Notes: generated from the letters alone by a model not told the origin. A stretch of DNA of 64,000 bases from Candidatus Spyradocola sp. (GCA_034113365.1 JAXEXP010000034.1:11345-75344), one strand, 5' to 3'. Shown: positions 38,099-47,884, numbered from the stretch's first letter. Numbers and translations are program-made.

Positions 38099-38545
38099 TT
38101 ATTTCTTGCTGGTTCCCTCGTGGCAGCGGCTGTCCGCGCAATCGGCGCAGACGTCGTTGAGCATGTCCTGCAGCGTGATGCTGTCCATCAGGTCGTTGAC
38201 GCCCCGGTGGATGCGCAGCCACAGCGCGTGCATCGCGCAGCCCTCGGAGTTGGCGCAGGGCTCGGTGATGCAGTCCGTGGCGGCAAGGGGGCCTTCCACG
38301 GCCCGCAGGATCGCGCCCACGGAGATATCCTTCGGCTCGCGCGAGAGCGTATAACCGCCTTGCGCGCCGCGGATGGACAGCACCAGCCCCGCCTTGCGCA
38401 GCGGCGCGATCAGCTGCTCCAGATACGCCTCGGGAATGGACTGCCGCTCCGCGATGCACTTGACCGACTGCGGCGCCTGTCCGTAGACGCACGCCAGGTC
38501 GTACATCGCCCGCACGCCGTACCTTCCCTTGGTGGACAATTTCAC
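38099..38545 (-). CDS. Rrf2-family transcriptional regulator (IscR/CymR-like)
   Basis: (V)KLSTKGRYGVRAMYDLA is the canonical Rrf2 N-terminus, and three cysteines (CITEPCANSEGC) could bind a cluster. The GTG at 38545 is preferred over the upstream ATGs. Confidence 0.82.
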   Translation of the reverse strand: MKLSTKGRYGVRAMYDLACVYGQAPQSVKCIAERQSIPEAYLEQLIAPLRKAGLVLSIRGAQGGYTLSREPKDISVGAILRAVEGPLAATDCITEPCANSEGCAMHALWLRIHRGVNDLMDSITLQDMLNDVCADCADSRCHEGTSKK

Positions 38546-38748
38546 GTTCCCGATGCTCCCTTCAAGCTGTTCGATCATTCCCGACAAAAATTATCGGGTT
38601 TTTCCGTTGACTATATTATCACCACCGCAGGCGGCTGTCAATCACCAATCCGATTAAAATTATAAGAAATACAAAGACTTCACAATTTCCGTCAAGCGCG
38701 GCGGGGCGGGATGTGGTATGCTGATTGTGCAAGGAGGGGGGAGCGAAT

Positions 38749-39585
38749 ATGGATCCATCCGCAAAAGCGGCTGCGGCGCGCATGAAGGCCTTCATCGACG
38801 CACATCTGGAGCAGCCCGTCACCCTGCAGCAGCTGGCCGCGGCCGCCGGCTACTCGCCAACCCATTGCATCCGCATATTCCGCGAAGCCTTCGGGCAGAC
38901 GCCGGTGGCCTATCTGCGCGCGCAGAGGCTGGACGGCGCTGCCTGCGAGCTGGCGCGCACCGCAAGGAGCGTCACCGCCATCGCGCTGGACTTCGAGTTC
39001 GGCTCACACGAGGGCTTCACCCGCGCTTTTGCCCGGCATTTCGGCAAAAGCCCCGCTGCGTTCCGTCAACGCGTGAAAGGAGCAAACAAAATGACCGCAA
39101 AGACATTGCCGATCTTCATTCAGATCCTCGACCGGCCCGCGCGCAAGGCCATCGTAAAGCGCGCAAAGACCGCAGACGAATACTGGTCCTACTGCCAGGA
39201 GGCGGGCTGCGAGATGTGGGAGGTGCTGGGGAGCATCCCCGGGGCGCTGCAGGAGCCCAGCGGCATGTGGCTGCCCGCACACCTCGTGCCCGAGGGGACG
39301 TCTACCTATGTGGCGGGCGTGGAGGTGCCCGCGGACTACGCAGGCCCGCTGCCCGAGGGCATGGAGCTGATCGAGCTGCCGCCCTGCCGGATGATGCTGT
39401 TCCAAGGCCCGCCCTACGACGAGGACGACATGGGCGACGCCATCGGCGCGATGTGGGACGCCATCGACGCCTACGACCCGACGGCCGTGGGATACGCGTT
39501 CGCGCCGGAGCTGGCGCCGCGGCAGCAGTATTCGCCCCAGGGCGACCGCGGCTACATCGAGCTGCGCCCGGTGCGCGAGCTGTAA
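38749..39585 (+). CDS. AraC-family regulator with a C-terminal GyrI-like effector-binding domain
   Basis: The N-terminal HTH pair is LAAAAGYSPTHCIRIFREAFGQTPVAYLRAQRL ... GFTRAFARHFGKSPAAFR. A GyrI-like half of about 160 aa follows. The RBS is AGGAGGGG. Confidence 0.82.
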   Translation: MDPSAKAAAARMKAFIDAHLEQPVTLQQLAAAAGYSPTHCIRIFREAFGQTPVAYLRAQRLDGAACELARTARSVTAIALDFEFGSHEGFTRAFARHFGKSPAAFRQRVKGANKMTAKTLPIFIQILDRPARKAIVKRAKTADEYWSYCQEAGCEMWEVLGSIPGALQEPSGMWLPAHLVPEGTSTYVAGVEVPADYAGPLPEGMELIELPPCRMMLFQGPPYDEDDMGDAIGAMWDAIDAYDPTAVGYAFAPELAPRQQYSPQGDRGYIELRPVREL

Positions 39586-39600
39586 AAGGGCACAGAAAAG

Positions 39601-39632
39601 AGGCCTTTCCGGTTGGAAGGGCCTATTTTCTG
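39601..39632 (+). terminator. Terminator hairpin after the AraC/GyrI gene (first copy of a duplicated hairpin)
   Basis: aggcctttcc ggtt ggaagggcct followed by attttctgt. The outer acagaaaa/ttttctgt sequences extend the stem. Confidence 0.65.
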
Positions 39633-39790
39633 TATCGGAAGCGATTTTTCTTCGACAAACGTTTCAGGCACGGATGAAGGAGCGTGTTGATCTGCCTTTA
39701 TTTGCCCTAACGTACAGAAAATCACTCCTTAGCGGGTACACGCCCCTTCCTGCATCCCTGAACAGTTTTTACCCTTTTTTGACAGTCTGA

Positions 39791-39815
39791 GAGGCTTTCC
39801 GGTTGGAAGGGCCTC
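39791..39815. repeat. Second copy of the ctttccggttggaagggcct hairpin, just past the comEC stop
   Basis: gaggctttccggttggaagggcctc. The 20-nt core is identical to 39605..39624. Confidence 0.7.
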
Positions 39816-39819
39816 TTCT

Positions 39820-41985
39820 TTACGGTTGGCCGGTGAAGAGCTGCTGCCAGGGCGTCGGTGGGGAATAGCCCTGCGCGGTGCAGCCATCGGGGGTGATGCG
39901 GACGGTGACCGCGCCGCATTCGTCCGTGCGGAATATCTGCGCGCCGGAGGCTGCGAGGCGGTCCAGCACCTCGGGGCGGGGGAAGCCGTAGCGGTTGGGC
40001 GTGCCGACGGAGAGGACGGCGAGCTCGGGCGTGGTTTGGGCGAGCAGCGCGTCGGAGGTGGCGGTGGCGCTGCCGTGGTGGGGCACCTTGAGCACGTCGC
40101 AGTCGGGCAGGGCGAGCGCGGCCTCGGTGCGGGCGGAGATGTCGCCGGCAAACAGCAGCGTGCGGCCGGCGCAGTCCACGCGCAGTACGAGGGAGTCGTC
40201 GTTCTCCTGGCCCTCGCGGACGGCGGCGGGCGAGAGCACCGTGACGGTGAACGCATCCGCGGTGAAGGCGTCGCCCGCGGTCAGCTCGAGTATGGGGATG
40301 TTCTTCTCCTGCGCGGCGGCGAGTGCGGGCTCCAGGCCCTCCCAGCTCATGCCGCGGGGCACCATCACCGCGCCGACGGGCACGGTTTGCAGCAGGTGCT
40401 CCAGACCGCCCGCATGGTCGCCGTCGGCATGGGTGAGCAGCACGGCGTTGAGGGAGCGGCCCTCGCCCTGCATATAGGAGACGGCGGCGCTGCCCGTCCA
40501 GCCGGTATCCACGAGCAGCGCGGCGTTTTCGGAGCGCAGCAGCGCGCTGTCCGCCGTGCCAACGGAGAAGAAGGTGACGGTGGGCGTTTGGCGGCGGTCG
40601 AGCTCGCCCGGCAGCCAGAGGAGCAGGGAGAGCGCCGTCGCGCACAGGATGCCTGCGGCCAGCGCGATGCGCCTGCGCCTGGCAAATTCCATAAAGTAAG
40701 GCGAGCAGAGGAACAGCAGGCCCACAAAGCACACGAGCACGAACACGGGCGGCGAGGCGGCGTCCATCTGCGCGAAGGGGACGTCTGCGACCGTCTCGCA
40801 CAGCAGGGCGAGCAGGCGCAGCAGCAGGCGGGCGGCGAAGGCCGGGGCGGCAGCCAACGCGGGACAGACCATGTGCAGCAGCAGCGCGGGCAGGCCCAAC
40901 ATCACCGCGCCCGCGGCAAGCGGCACGGCCAGCAGGTTGGTCAGCAGCGAGAGCAGGTTGACGGTATGGAACACGTACAGCTGCACGGGCAGCACGCCCA
41001 GCTGCGCGCTGATCGACACCGCGATAGCGCTGCACAGAAAGGCGGGGATGCGCAGCTTTTTGAGCGCCGCCTGGATGCGGCCGCACAGCAGCAGGATGCC
41101 CGTCACCGCGCCGACGGACATCAGAAAGCCGGCGCGCAGCACCTCGGTGGGGCGAAAGGCGAGCGCGGCGAGGATCGCGGCGGCAAGCGCGGTGGGGCCG
41201 TCGGGCTTGCGGCCGAAGCGGCGGGCGGCAAGGCCCATGCCCAGCATCACCAGCGCGCGCAGCACGGAAAACGCGGACTCGGCAAGCAGTGCATAGCCGG
41301 ACAGCAGCGCCATGGTCAGCAGGATCTGCGGGAGAGAGTTTTTGCGCATCCAGCCCAGCAGCAGCGCGGCGAGCGCGGCCACAAAGCCCACGTGCAGGCC
41401 GGACACCGCCAGCAGGTGCGCGGCGCCGCTGCGGCGGAAGGCCTGCTGCTCCTCGTCGGTCAGCCCGTCCTCCTCGCCCAGCAGCAGAGCGGAGGCCAGG
41501 CCGCTCTCCTCCGGCCAGAGCGCTGCGATGTGCGCCTGGGCGGAGCTACGCAGGGCTGCGCGCAGCGAAAAGGGTGCGGCGGCGCTGTGGGCGTCGAGCG
41601 CGCCGGAGCAGCGGTAGCGCACGCCGTCGGAGAGGAACCAGTAGCGCTCGTCCCAGCCATGCGGGTTTGCGGGCGGGGACAGCGGCTGCAGCGTGACGCG
41701 GGCGCGCACCGCCATGCCCGCAGCCAGCACATGGCCGCAGGGTTCTGGCTCCATCAGCACGTTGCCGGGGCGGAGCGTGCCCTCGCCGGTTGTAAGCGTG
41801 ACATCGGTGAGGAACAGGCGGTCGCCGTCCACGCGGGAGACGGTGGCGGTCAGCTCGCCCGAAAGGGGCTCCGTGGGCAGGGAAGCCAGCGCGTCAAAGC
41901 TGTACGCGGTACAAAACAGCAGCGCGGCAAGGGCCAGCCACACCAGCGGCCGCCCCGGTTTGCATTTGATTGCCCGAACGCGCAT
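39820..41985 (-). CDS. comEC: DNA internalisation competence protein ComEC/Rec2 (with a C-terminal metallo-beta-lactamase domain)
   Basis: Polytopic competence domain (AHLLAVSGLHVGFV), C-terminal MBL motif LLTHADGDHAGG and VPHHGS. Confidence 0.9.
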   Translation of the reverse strand: MRVRAIKCKPGRPLVWLALAALLFCTAYSFDALASLPTEPLSGELTATVSRVDGDRLFLTDVTLTTGEGTLRPGNVLMEPEPCGHVLAAGMAVRARVTLQPLSPPANPHGWDERYWFLSDGVRYRCSGALDAHSAAAPFSLRAALRSSAQAHIAALWPEESGLASALLLGEEDGLTDEEQQAFRRSGAAHLLAVSGLHVGFVAALAALLLGWMRKNSLPQILLTMALLSGYALLAESAFSVLRALVMLGMGLAARRFGRKPDGPTALAAAILAALAFRPTEVLRAGFLMSVGAVTGILLLCGRIQAALKKLRIPAFLCSAIAVSISAQLGVLPVQLYVFHTVNLLSLLTNLLAVPLAAGAVMLGLPALLLHMVCPALAAAPAFAARLLLRLLALLCETVADVPFAQMDAASPPVFVLVCFVGLLFLCSPYFMEFARRRRIALAAGILCATALSLLLWLPGELDRRQTPTVTFFSVGTADSALLRSENAALLVDTGWTGSAAVSYMQGEGRSLNAVLLTHADGDHAGGLEHLLQTVPVGAVMVPRGMSWEGLEPALAAAQEKNIPILELTAGDAFTADAFTVTVLSPAAVREGQENDDSLVLRVDCAGRTLLFAGDISARTEAALALPDCDVLKVPHHGSATATSDALLAQTTPELAVLSVGTPNRYGFPRPEVLDRLAASGAQIFRTDECGAVTVRITPDGCTAQGYSPPTPWQQLFTGQP

Positions 41986-41989
41986 GGCG

Positions 41990-43405
41990 TCAGCGGCCCA
42001 GATACCGCGCGCAGACGTACTGCCCCTGCGCGGTCAGCGCCCAGCCGTCCTCCACCTGCACGACCTCCACCACGTCGCCGCGGTGCAGCAGGCCGGTGCG
42101 CGGGGCGGCGGTGGACGGGGCCTGCCGCACGTTGAGATTGCGGCACAGCACGGTCATGCGCTGTATCGGCCCGCAGACGGTGATCTTCGCGGAGGCGGCG
42201 TCGTACACGCGGCCGCCGAGGGTGTAGCGCGCGGTGAGATAGGCTGCGCCGGGCTGTACGCCGATGACGGCCTTGCCGGCGGTGACGTCCAGCACCTGCG
42301 CGTCCGTGCCGGGGCCGGGCAGCAGCTCGAGGCGGCCCGCGGCATTGGTGCGCACCGGCTCGCCCGTGGCAACGCCCAGCACGATGGGCTCCAGCACGCC
42401 GCCCACGGGCAGCGTGTACGCGCTCTGTTCAAAATAGATGCCCTTGGGGTCGACCGGCGGCACGTCGAAGCGCTGCACCAGCGTCAGCTCCGGCGAGCGG
42501 TACAGCGCATCCTCCGTTTCTACGCAAAACGCCACCTTCCGGTGGCGCAGGGGATCGGCGGCGGCGTCCAGCAGGTATTCGGCACGGCTTTGCTCCAGCC
42601 GGCATTCCTCTTCCAGGTGCAGCGCGGCGCTCTGTCCCGGCTGCGCGCAGGCGGTCTGCCCGGCCCAGGCGATGACGGTGAACGGGGCGCCGTTTTCATC
42701 GGAAAAGGTGATGCGCACGCGGGGCTCGCCCACGGCGGTGGCGGGGTGGTCGAGGTAGATGCGGCCGCCCAGCAGGTAGGCGTCGACGTTCTGCCCGTCC
42801 AGCGCGGCGATGCGCAGCACGCGCTCCTGCTTGTATTCATGGGTGTTTTGGAGCACGACGGTGATGTGGGCGGTCTCGGTGACGCGCACGCCGTCCAACA
42901 CCGCCTGCACGCGCACGGCATAGTCCGCCGTGCCGCCTTCTTTGGTGAGCAGTATGGGGAAAACGGCGCAGTACAGGCCGTCCAGGTTGGCGTTCTGCCA
43001 GCCGATGGCCTCGCCGTAGGCGGCGCCCTCCGGCGCGGCGACGGGCTGCCCGTTGACGGTGAGCACGACCTGGTCGGGGTCCTGGATGGAGGCGAGCTCC
43101 TCCCCGAAGCCGTCCACCGTCACCAGCGCCACGGGCGCATCCTCTTCAAAGCGGCCGACGCACTCGGGCGTCTCCTGCTCAAAGTCGTATTCGTATTCGA
43201 CCTGCGCGGTATCTGCGATGCGGCCCGAGGTGCGGGTCTGCTTCACCACGGTGTACTTGCCGTTGATGCTGGTGACCAAATCGATGGAGCTGACGCGCAG
43301 GCCATAGGAATCCCGGGTGACGGACAGCGCCGTTTCAGCGCGCACGGAAAGGAGCGGTCGGAGCAGCAACAGGGTCAGCATGAGGAGCGCAGCCGTTCGT
43401 TTCAT
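41990..43405 (-). CDS. Secreted protein with a C-terminal SH3b-like domain
   Basis: Starts at MKRTAALLMLTLLLLRPLLSVRAETA (signal peptide) following AGGGGG. The C-terminus NVRQAPSTAAPRTGLLHRGDVVEVVQVEDGWALT resembles bacterial SH3. The stop is 5 nt from the comEC start. Confidence 0.65.
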   Translation of the reverse strand: MKRTAALLMLTLLLLRPLLSVRAETALSVTRDSYGLRVSSIDLVTSINGKYTVVKQTRTSGRIADTAQVEYEYDFEQETPECVGRFEEDAPVALVTVDGFGEELASIQDPDQVVLTVNGQPVAAPEGAAYGEAIGWQNANLDGLYCAVFPILLTKEGGTADYAVRVQAVLDGVRVTETAHITVVLQNTHEYKQERVLRIAALDGQNVDAYLLGGRIYLDHPATAVGEPRVRITFSDENGAPFTVIAWAGQTACAQPGQSAALHLEEECRLEQSRAEYLLDAAADPLRHRKVAFCVETEDALYRSPELTLVQRFDVPPVDPKGIYFEQSAYTLPVGGVLEPIVLGVATGEPVRTNAAGRLELLPGPGTDAQVLDVTAGKAVIGVQPGAAYLTARYTLGGRVYDAASAKITVCGPIQRMTVLCRNLNVRQAPSTAAPRTGLLHRGDVVEVVQVEDGWALTAQGQYVCARYLGR

Positions 43406-43453
43406 CCGGATTCCCCCTTGAATCATGTTATGAAGTTGTAAATTTACGCTTTT

Positions 43454-43482
43454 AGAATAACATATTTTATTATAATTGTAAA
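43454..43482 (-). promoter_or_regulatory. Sigma-70-type promoter of the SH3-protein/comEC operon
   Basis: Minus strand: TTTACA (plus 43477..43482), a 17-nt spacer, then TATTCT (43454..43459), within an AT-rich gap. Confidence 0.5.
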
Positions 43483-43524
43483 GAGTTTTTTGGGGGATAA
43501 ATACCGGATCTCTGCGCCTTTGGG

Positions 43525-44694
43525 CTACTGCGGGAGGGTGAGGGAGGCCATGCCGTTCAGCGCGCACAAGCGCTGTGCGGTCTCCTCGATGCCGCGCAAA
43601 AGGGCGGGGGTCTGCCGGACGCCGGGCTCCAGCCATATATTTCTGACGCTGAGCGCGCGGGTTTTGCGGTCGCACACCGGCTCGATGCGGCCCACCAGCT
43701 GCTCGCCGCGCAGTATGGGCAGCGTGTAGTAGCCGTATTTGCGTTGGGCAGCGGGGGTGTAGATCTCCCAGCGGTAGGCAAAGCCGAACAGCGCCTGGAT
43801 GAGGCTGCGGTCCCACATCATGCAGTCCAGCGGGGCGAGGAACTCGGTGCGCGGGGCGTAGGCGTGGCCGGAGCGCACCTCGTCCAGCAGAGGGGCGTCG
43901 GCGGTGAGGCAATACAGCGGCTGGGCGATGCCCTCGACCTGCACGGGCAGGATCGTGCCGTCCCGCTCCAGCGCGGCAAAGGCGGCGCTGCGCGCGGCAG
44001 CCTTGAGGTCCAGGCCGAGAAAGGCGTCGGAGGGCTTGTCCCAGAGCAGACCGATCGCGCCGATGCGGCGGGCGACGCGCCATTTCGTGTGCTCTGCATC
44101 GTCGGGAATGGGATCGGGCGCGGAGAGCAGCGCAGGCGGCAGGCAGTCCCGGGCGCGGGCATAGAACTTGTTGGCGCCCTCCTTGTGGTGGATGACCAGC
44201 TCGCCGCGGAAATAGAGGGTTTCCAGCACTGCGCGGGACAGGCGCGTATCCGACCAGTACCAGTCGGCGCGGCCCTCCAGCTCGATGTCGCGGCTGGACA
44301 GCGGACCGCGGGCGTCCAGCTCGTCCAGCACGCGCTGGGCGGCGGCGTCCACCTGCTCGCGGGAGCGCGAGGCATGCGCCCAGTAGTCGCGCATGCGGGC
44401 GAAGTACGGCCAGACTTCCGTGGGGAGTATGGCCAGCTGCTTGTCGAAGTAGTCGATCAGGGCGCGGTCGCGGTAGAGCAGGTCGTCCAGCATCTGCTTG
44501 CGATAGCCGCCGACGCGGGCGTTGAGCGCCAGGTCGGCATTGCGGCCGCAGACGTCAATGGGATCGAACTGCACGCAGCCCGCCTGCCGGACGTAGGCCA
44601 GCGCGCCCGCCTTGCCGCGGAAGATGTGGCCGCCCAGCAGCCCGTTCTTGCGCAGCACGAAGCGGCGGGCCTGGCGGTTGGTGAGCGTCAGCAT
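43525..44694 (-). CDS. Winged-helix DUF1006 protein (YcaQ/AlkZ-like DNA glycosylase family)
   Basis: LRKNGLLG, VRQAGCVQFDPIDVCGRNADLAL, LIDYFDKQLAILP, YTPAAQRKYGYYTLPIL. These are typical YcaQ/AlkZ blocks. Confidence 0.78.
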   Translation of the reverse strand: MLTLTNRQARRFVLRKNGLLGGHIFRGKAGALAYVRQAGCVQFDPIDVCGRNADLALNARVGGYRKQMLDDLLYRDRALIDYFDKQLAILPTEVWPYFARMRDYWAHASRSREQVDAAAQRVLDELDARGPLSSRDIELEGRADWYWSDTRLSRAVLETLYFRGELVIHHKEGANKFYARARDCLPPALLSAPDPIPDDAEHTKWRVARRIGAIGLLWDKPSDAFLGLDLKAAARSAAFAALERDGTILPVQVEGIAQPLYCLTADAPLLDEVRSGHAYAPRTEFLAPLDCMMWDRSLIQALFGFAYRWEIYTPAAQRKYGYYTLPILRGEQLVGRIEPVCDRKTRALSVRNIWLEPGVRQTPALLRGIEETAQRLCALNGMASLTLPQ

Positions 44695-44793
44695 CGGGGG
44701 ATCGCCTCCTTTTCTTCAGTATACAGCAGGAACTGCGACAGCGGGGCGTCGCAGTTCCCTAAATAGGTAATGTTCATGTGGATGGTTTGATTC

Positions 44794-44860
44794 GGTGCGT
44801 CTGGGGCGGACTGACACCTCATCAGTCGCTGCGGCGACAGCTTCCCCTCAAGGGGAAGCC
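44794..44860 (-). repeat. Copy R2 of the three-hairpin intergenic repeat (3' of the GRE gene)
   Basis: Plus strand: GGTG-17nt-CACC tcatca GTCGC-tgcg-GCGAC ag CTTCCCC-tcaa-GGGGAAG cc. Confidence 0.8.
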
Positions 44861-44915
44861 TGAGGATGTCTGCCGTTATTGTTTGCGTGAGACAGCTCCT
44901 GCCATATGCGCCTTT

Positions 44916-46943
44916 TTACACGCCGTAGGTGGTGCGGCGGATGATCTGATCCTGATAGGCCTTATCCAGCTGGACGAAGTGGCCGCTCCAGCCCCAGACG
45001 CGCACGATCAGGCCGCGGTGCTGCTCGGGGTGCAGCTGCGCGTCGATCAGCTTATCGCGCGAGACGGCGTTGAGCTGCAGCTGGTGGCCGCCCAGCAGGT
45101 TGAAGGAGCGCACGAGCTGCGCCACCTTCTCCAGGCCCTCGGGGTGGGCAAACACGGTGTCGTGCATCTCCAGCGTCAGCGGGCCGCCATTGATGGTGCG
45201 GGACAGCGACGGGCGCGCCATGGCCGAGACGACGGACAGGGGGCCTGCGTCGCGCAGCGTGAGCGAGGGGGAGAAATTGGCGGAGAGGGGCTCGCCGGCT
45301 CTACGGCCGTCGTAGGTCGCGCCGAGGGAATCGGCGTGCCAGAGGTAGTACATCGCGGAGCCGGTGCCCGCGCGGAAGATGCCGCCCCGCTCGTTGCGAA
45401 GCGGCGCGACGGCGTCGGCAAAGGCGTTGAGCAGCGCGTCGGCGAGGGGCTCGCATTCCTCGTCGCGGCCCAGCTTGGGCGCGGTCTCGCGCAGGGCGTG
45501 CAGCAGCTCGGGCGCGTCGGCGAAGTCTGCGGCGACGGCGGCCTTGAGCGCGGCGGGGGCGATGGATTTTTCCTCATAGACCAGCTTGCGGACGGCGGCG
45601 AGCTGATCCACCGCGGTGGCGGTGCCGGTGCCGTGCAGGCCGTAGTTGTTGTAGGTCGCGCCGAGGGAGATATCGCGGCCGAGGCGGACGCTGTCGGACA
45701 TGAGCACGCTCTGGTAGGGGGCGGGCTCCATGAACAGGTTTTTGACGCCGTCGGCGACGGCGGCAGCTTCGCTTGCGATGTTCTCGCGGACGCGCTGCAT
45801 CAAATGGTCGAAGTCCGCGCAGGCGTCCAGCTCCTCGTCCAGCGTGCGCTTGACGACGCCGGCGAGAGAGACTGCGCCGATGTTGGGGATGTCCATGCCG
45901 GTGCCGGGGATGATGAACTCCCAGCAGGCGGCCACGACGTAGTTGCGGGCGTCCTCGGGCGCATAGCCGAGGTTGATGAGCGCGGGGATGACGACGTCGT
46001 CGTTGGCGTACTGCGGGAAGCCCAGGCCCTGGCGGGTGAGCTCGGTGGCCTTGCGGTAGAGCGCCATCGGGGTGTTTTTGTCCACGCGCAGGTTGATCTT
46101 GGGGTCGATGCGGCGGTTGGCAAGGCTGGCCTCCAGGCAGAGGTAGGTCAGGTCGTTGACGGCGCTGTTGCCCTGGCGGTCGCAGCCGCCCAGCATCAGG
46201 CTCTGGCCGTTGTCGCCCTGCTGCATGCCGATGTACAGGTCGCTGTCGCGGTTGAAGGAGAGGAAGAAGTCCTCCAGCAGCTCCAGCGCGGCCTCGCGGG
46301 TGAGAACGCCCGCGGCGACGTCCTTTTCATAGTAGGGGAGCATGTACTGGTCGAAGCGGCCGACGGTATTGTGATAGACGTTGCTCGCCCACAGGCAGAA
46401 GTGCAGCAGGCGGAAGGTCTTGAGCGCGGCGGCAAAGTCGTGCGCGCCGTTACGGACGGCGTCGGAGAGCGCGGCGTCCTCATAGCGGTCGGCATAGGCA
46501 AGGACGGCGTCGATGACGGTGACGGCGGCGCGGTTGAAGTCGGGATCGCCTACGTTTTCCGCGAGATTGCGCTGCGCCTGCTCGCGGCGGGGCATGAGGC
46601 CGCCCTGCAGCACGCCCTTCCAGTCGGAGGAGATGTTGCACACGCGCCCCTGCTCGTGGACGTAGTGGCCGGCGGTGAGTTTTTCCTTCTCGCCGGGGGC
46701 GTAGAGGTCGGGGAAGGCGGGCAGCGTACGCCAGCAGGGGATGGCCGTCCCCTCGCAGCGGATGATGCGCTCCTCCTGCAAAAAGAGCTGCAGGCGCAGC
46801 GCGGCGCGGGTGACGAGCGGCAGCTGCGGGTTCTGGATGCGCGCGGCGAGCTCGGCCCAGCGTTCGTCGGAGAGGGGCTGCCGCCATTGATGATGCGCCT
46901 GCCGGTTCAGCATGTCCCGCAGGACGTCCAGTTTTGCACTCAT
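44916..46943 (-). CDS. Glycyl-radical enzyme, short atypical PFL-fold protein (675 aa), substrate unknown
   Basis: C-terminal glycyl-radical domain GGHQLQLNAVSRDKLIDAQLHPEQHRGLIVRVWGWSGHFVQLDKAYQDQIIRRT and Cys loop NYVVAACWEFIIPG. The start overlaps the activase stop (ATGA). Confidence 0.85.
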   Translation of the reverse strand: MSAKLDVLRDMLNRQAHHQWRQPLSDERWAELAARIQNPQLPLVTRAALRLQLFLQEERIIRCEGTAIPCWRTLPAFPDLYAPGEKEKLTAGHYVHEQGRVCNISSDWKGVLQGGLMPRREQAQRNLAENVGDPDFNRAAVTVIDAVLAYADRYEDAALSDAVRNGAHDFAAALKTFRLLHFCLWASNVYHNTVGRFDQYMLPYYEKDVAAGVLTREAALELLEDFFLSFNRDSDLYIGMQQGDNGQSLMLGGCDRQGNSAVNDLTYLCLEASLANRRIDPKINLRVDKNTPMALYRKATELTRQGLGFPQYANDDVVIPALINLGYAPEDARNYVVAACWEFIIPGTGMDIPNIGAVSLAGVVKRTLDEELDACADFDHLMQRVRENIASEAAAVADGVKNLFMEPAPYQSVLMSDSVRLGRDISLGATYNNYGLHGTGTATAVDQLAAVRKLVYEEKSIAPAALKAAVAADFADAPELLHALRETAPKLGRDEECEPLADALLNAFADAVAPLRNERGGIFRAGTGSAMYYLWHADSLGATYDGRRAGEPLSANFSPSLTLRDAGPLSVVSAMARPSLSRTINGGPLTLEMHDTVFAHPEGLEKVAQLVRSFNLLGGHQLQLNAVSRDKLIDAQLHPEQHRGLIVRVWGWSGHFVQLDKAYQDQIIRRTTYGV

Positions 46944-47782
46944 CTTACCATGACCTCCATATTGAGCTCCTCGAAGGGAGCGGTGTAGACGTTGGGTTCG
47001 CGCTCGGTGTCAAACTGCGGATCGTAGCGCATGGACAGGCCGTCGTACTTGGCGCCGGCCGCGCGGTTGTAGCGCAGCAGCTCCACGCGCTGAAGGGCTT
47101 TGGCGTCCCGGGCGAGCTGCGCGGTGGCGCGCAGGTTGTCGGGCGTGTCGTTGACGCCGGGGATGAGGGGGATGCGCAGTATGAAGGGGATGCCGGAGCT
47201 GCACAGCCAGCGGAAATTGCGCAGGATCAGCGCATTGTCCACGCCCGTCCAGCGGCGGTGCTGCTCGGGGTCGGTGTGCTTGACGTCCATCATGACCAGA
47301 TCCATGCTGCGGCAGAGGGATTGGAAGGTCTCCTCGGGGCCGTGGCCGCAGGTCTCGATGGCGGCGTGGACGTCGGGGAGCAGCGCGCGGATCTGCTGCA
47401 CGAACTCGGCCTGCAGCAGCACCTCGCCGCCGGAGAACGTGACGCCGCCGCCGCTCATGCGCAGCAGGCGCGCGTTCCTGCGCACGCGGGCGGCGACCTG
47501 CTCGGCGGTCATTTCCTGCCCGGCGATGCGGATGCAGCCCTGTGGGCAGACGGGCACGCACGCGCCGCAGGCGACGCAGCCCTCCGGGTGGGGGCAGACG
47601 CGCTCGCACGCGCCGCAGTGCACGCACAGCGCGCGGCTGACGCTCCGCTGCGGGCGAACGGACAGCCCCTCGGGGTTGTGGCACCACCGGCAGCGCAGCG
47701 GGCAGCCCTTGAGGAACACCGCGGTGCGGATGCCCGGTCCGTCGTATACGGCGAACTCCTCGATGTCAAACACGATGCCCAT
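46940..47782 (-). CDS. Glycyl-radical enzyme activating protein (radical SAM)
   Basis: GCPLRCRWCHNPE (CX3CX2C) plus two ferredoxin-type clusters, CVHCGACERVCP and CVACGACVPVCP. GGGVTFSGGE follows. Confidence 0.9.
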   Translation of the reverse strand: MGIVFDIEEFAVYDGPGIRTAVFLKGCPLRCRWCHNPEGLSVRPQRSVSRALCVHCGACERVCPHPEGCVACGACVPVCPQGCIRIAGQEMTAEQVAARVRRNARLLRMSGGGVTFSGGEVLLQAEFVQQIRALLPDVHAAIETCGHGPEETFQSLCRSMDLVMMDVKHTDPEQHRRWTGVDNALILRNFRWLCSSGIPFILRIPLIPGVNDTPDNLRATAQLARDAKALQRVELLRYNRAAGAKYDGLSMRYDPQFDTEREPNVYTAPFEELNMEVMVR

Positions 47783-47884
47783 AATTTCTAATACCCCGTT
47801 TTTTCCATTTTCAACCTTACTGTTTTATATGTACCCTATATTACGAGTCTTGTCAAGGTGATTTTGTGCGCAAAGGGTTATGTT

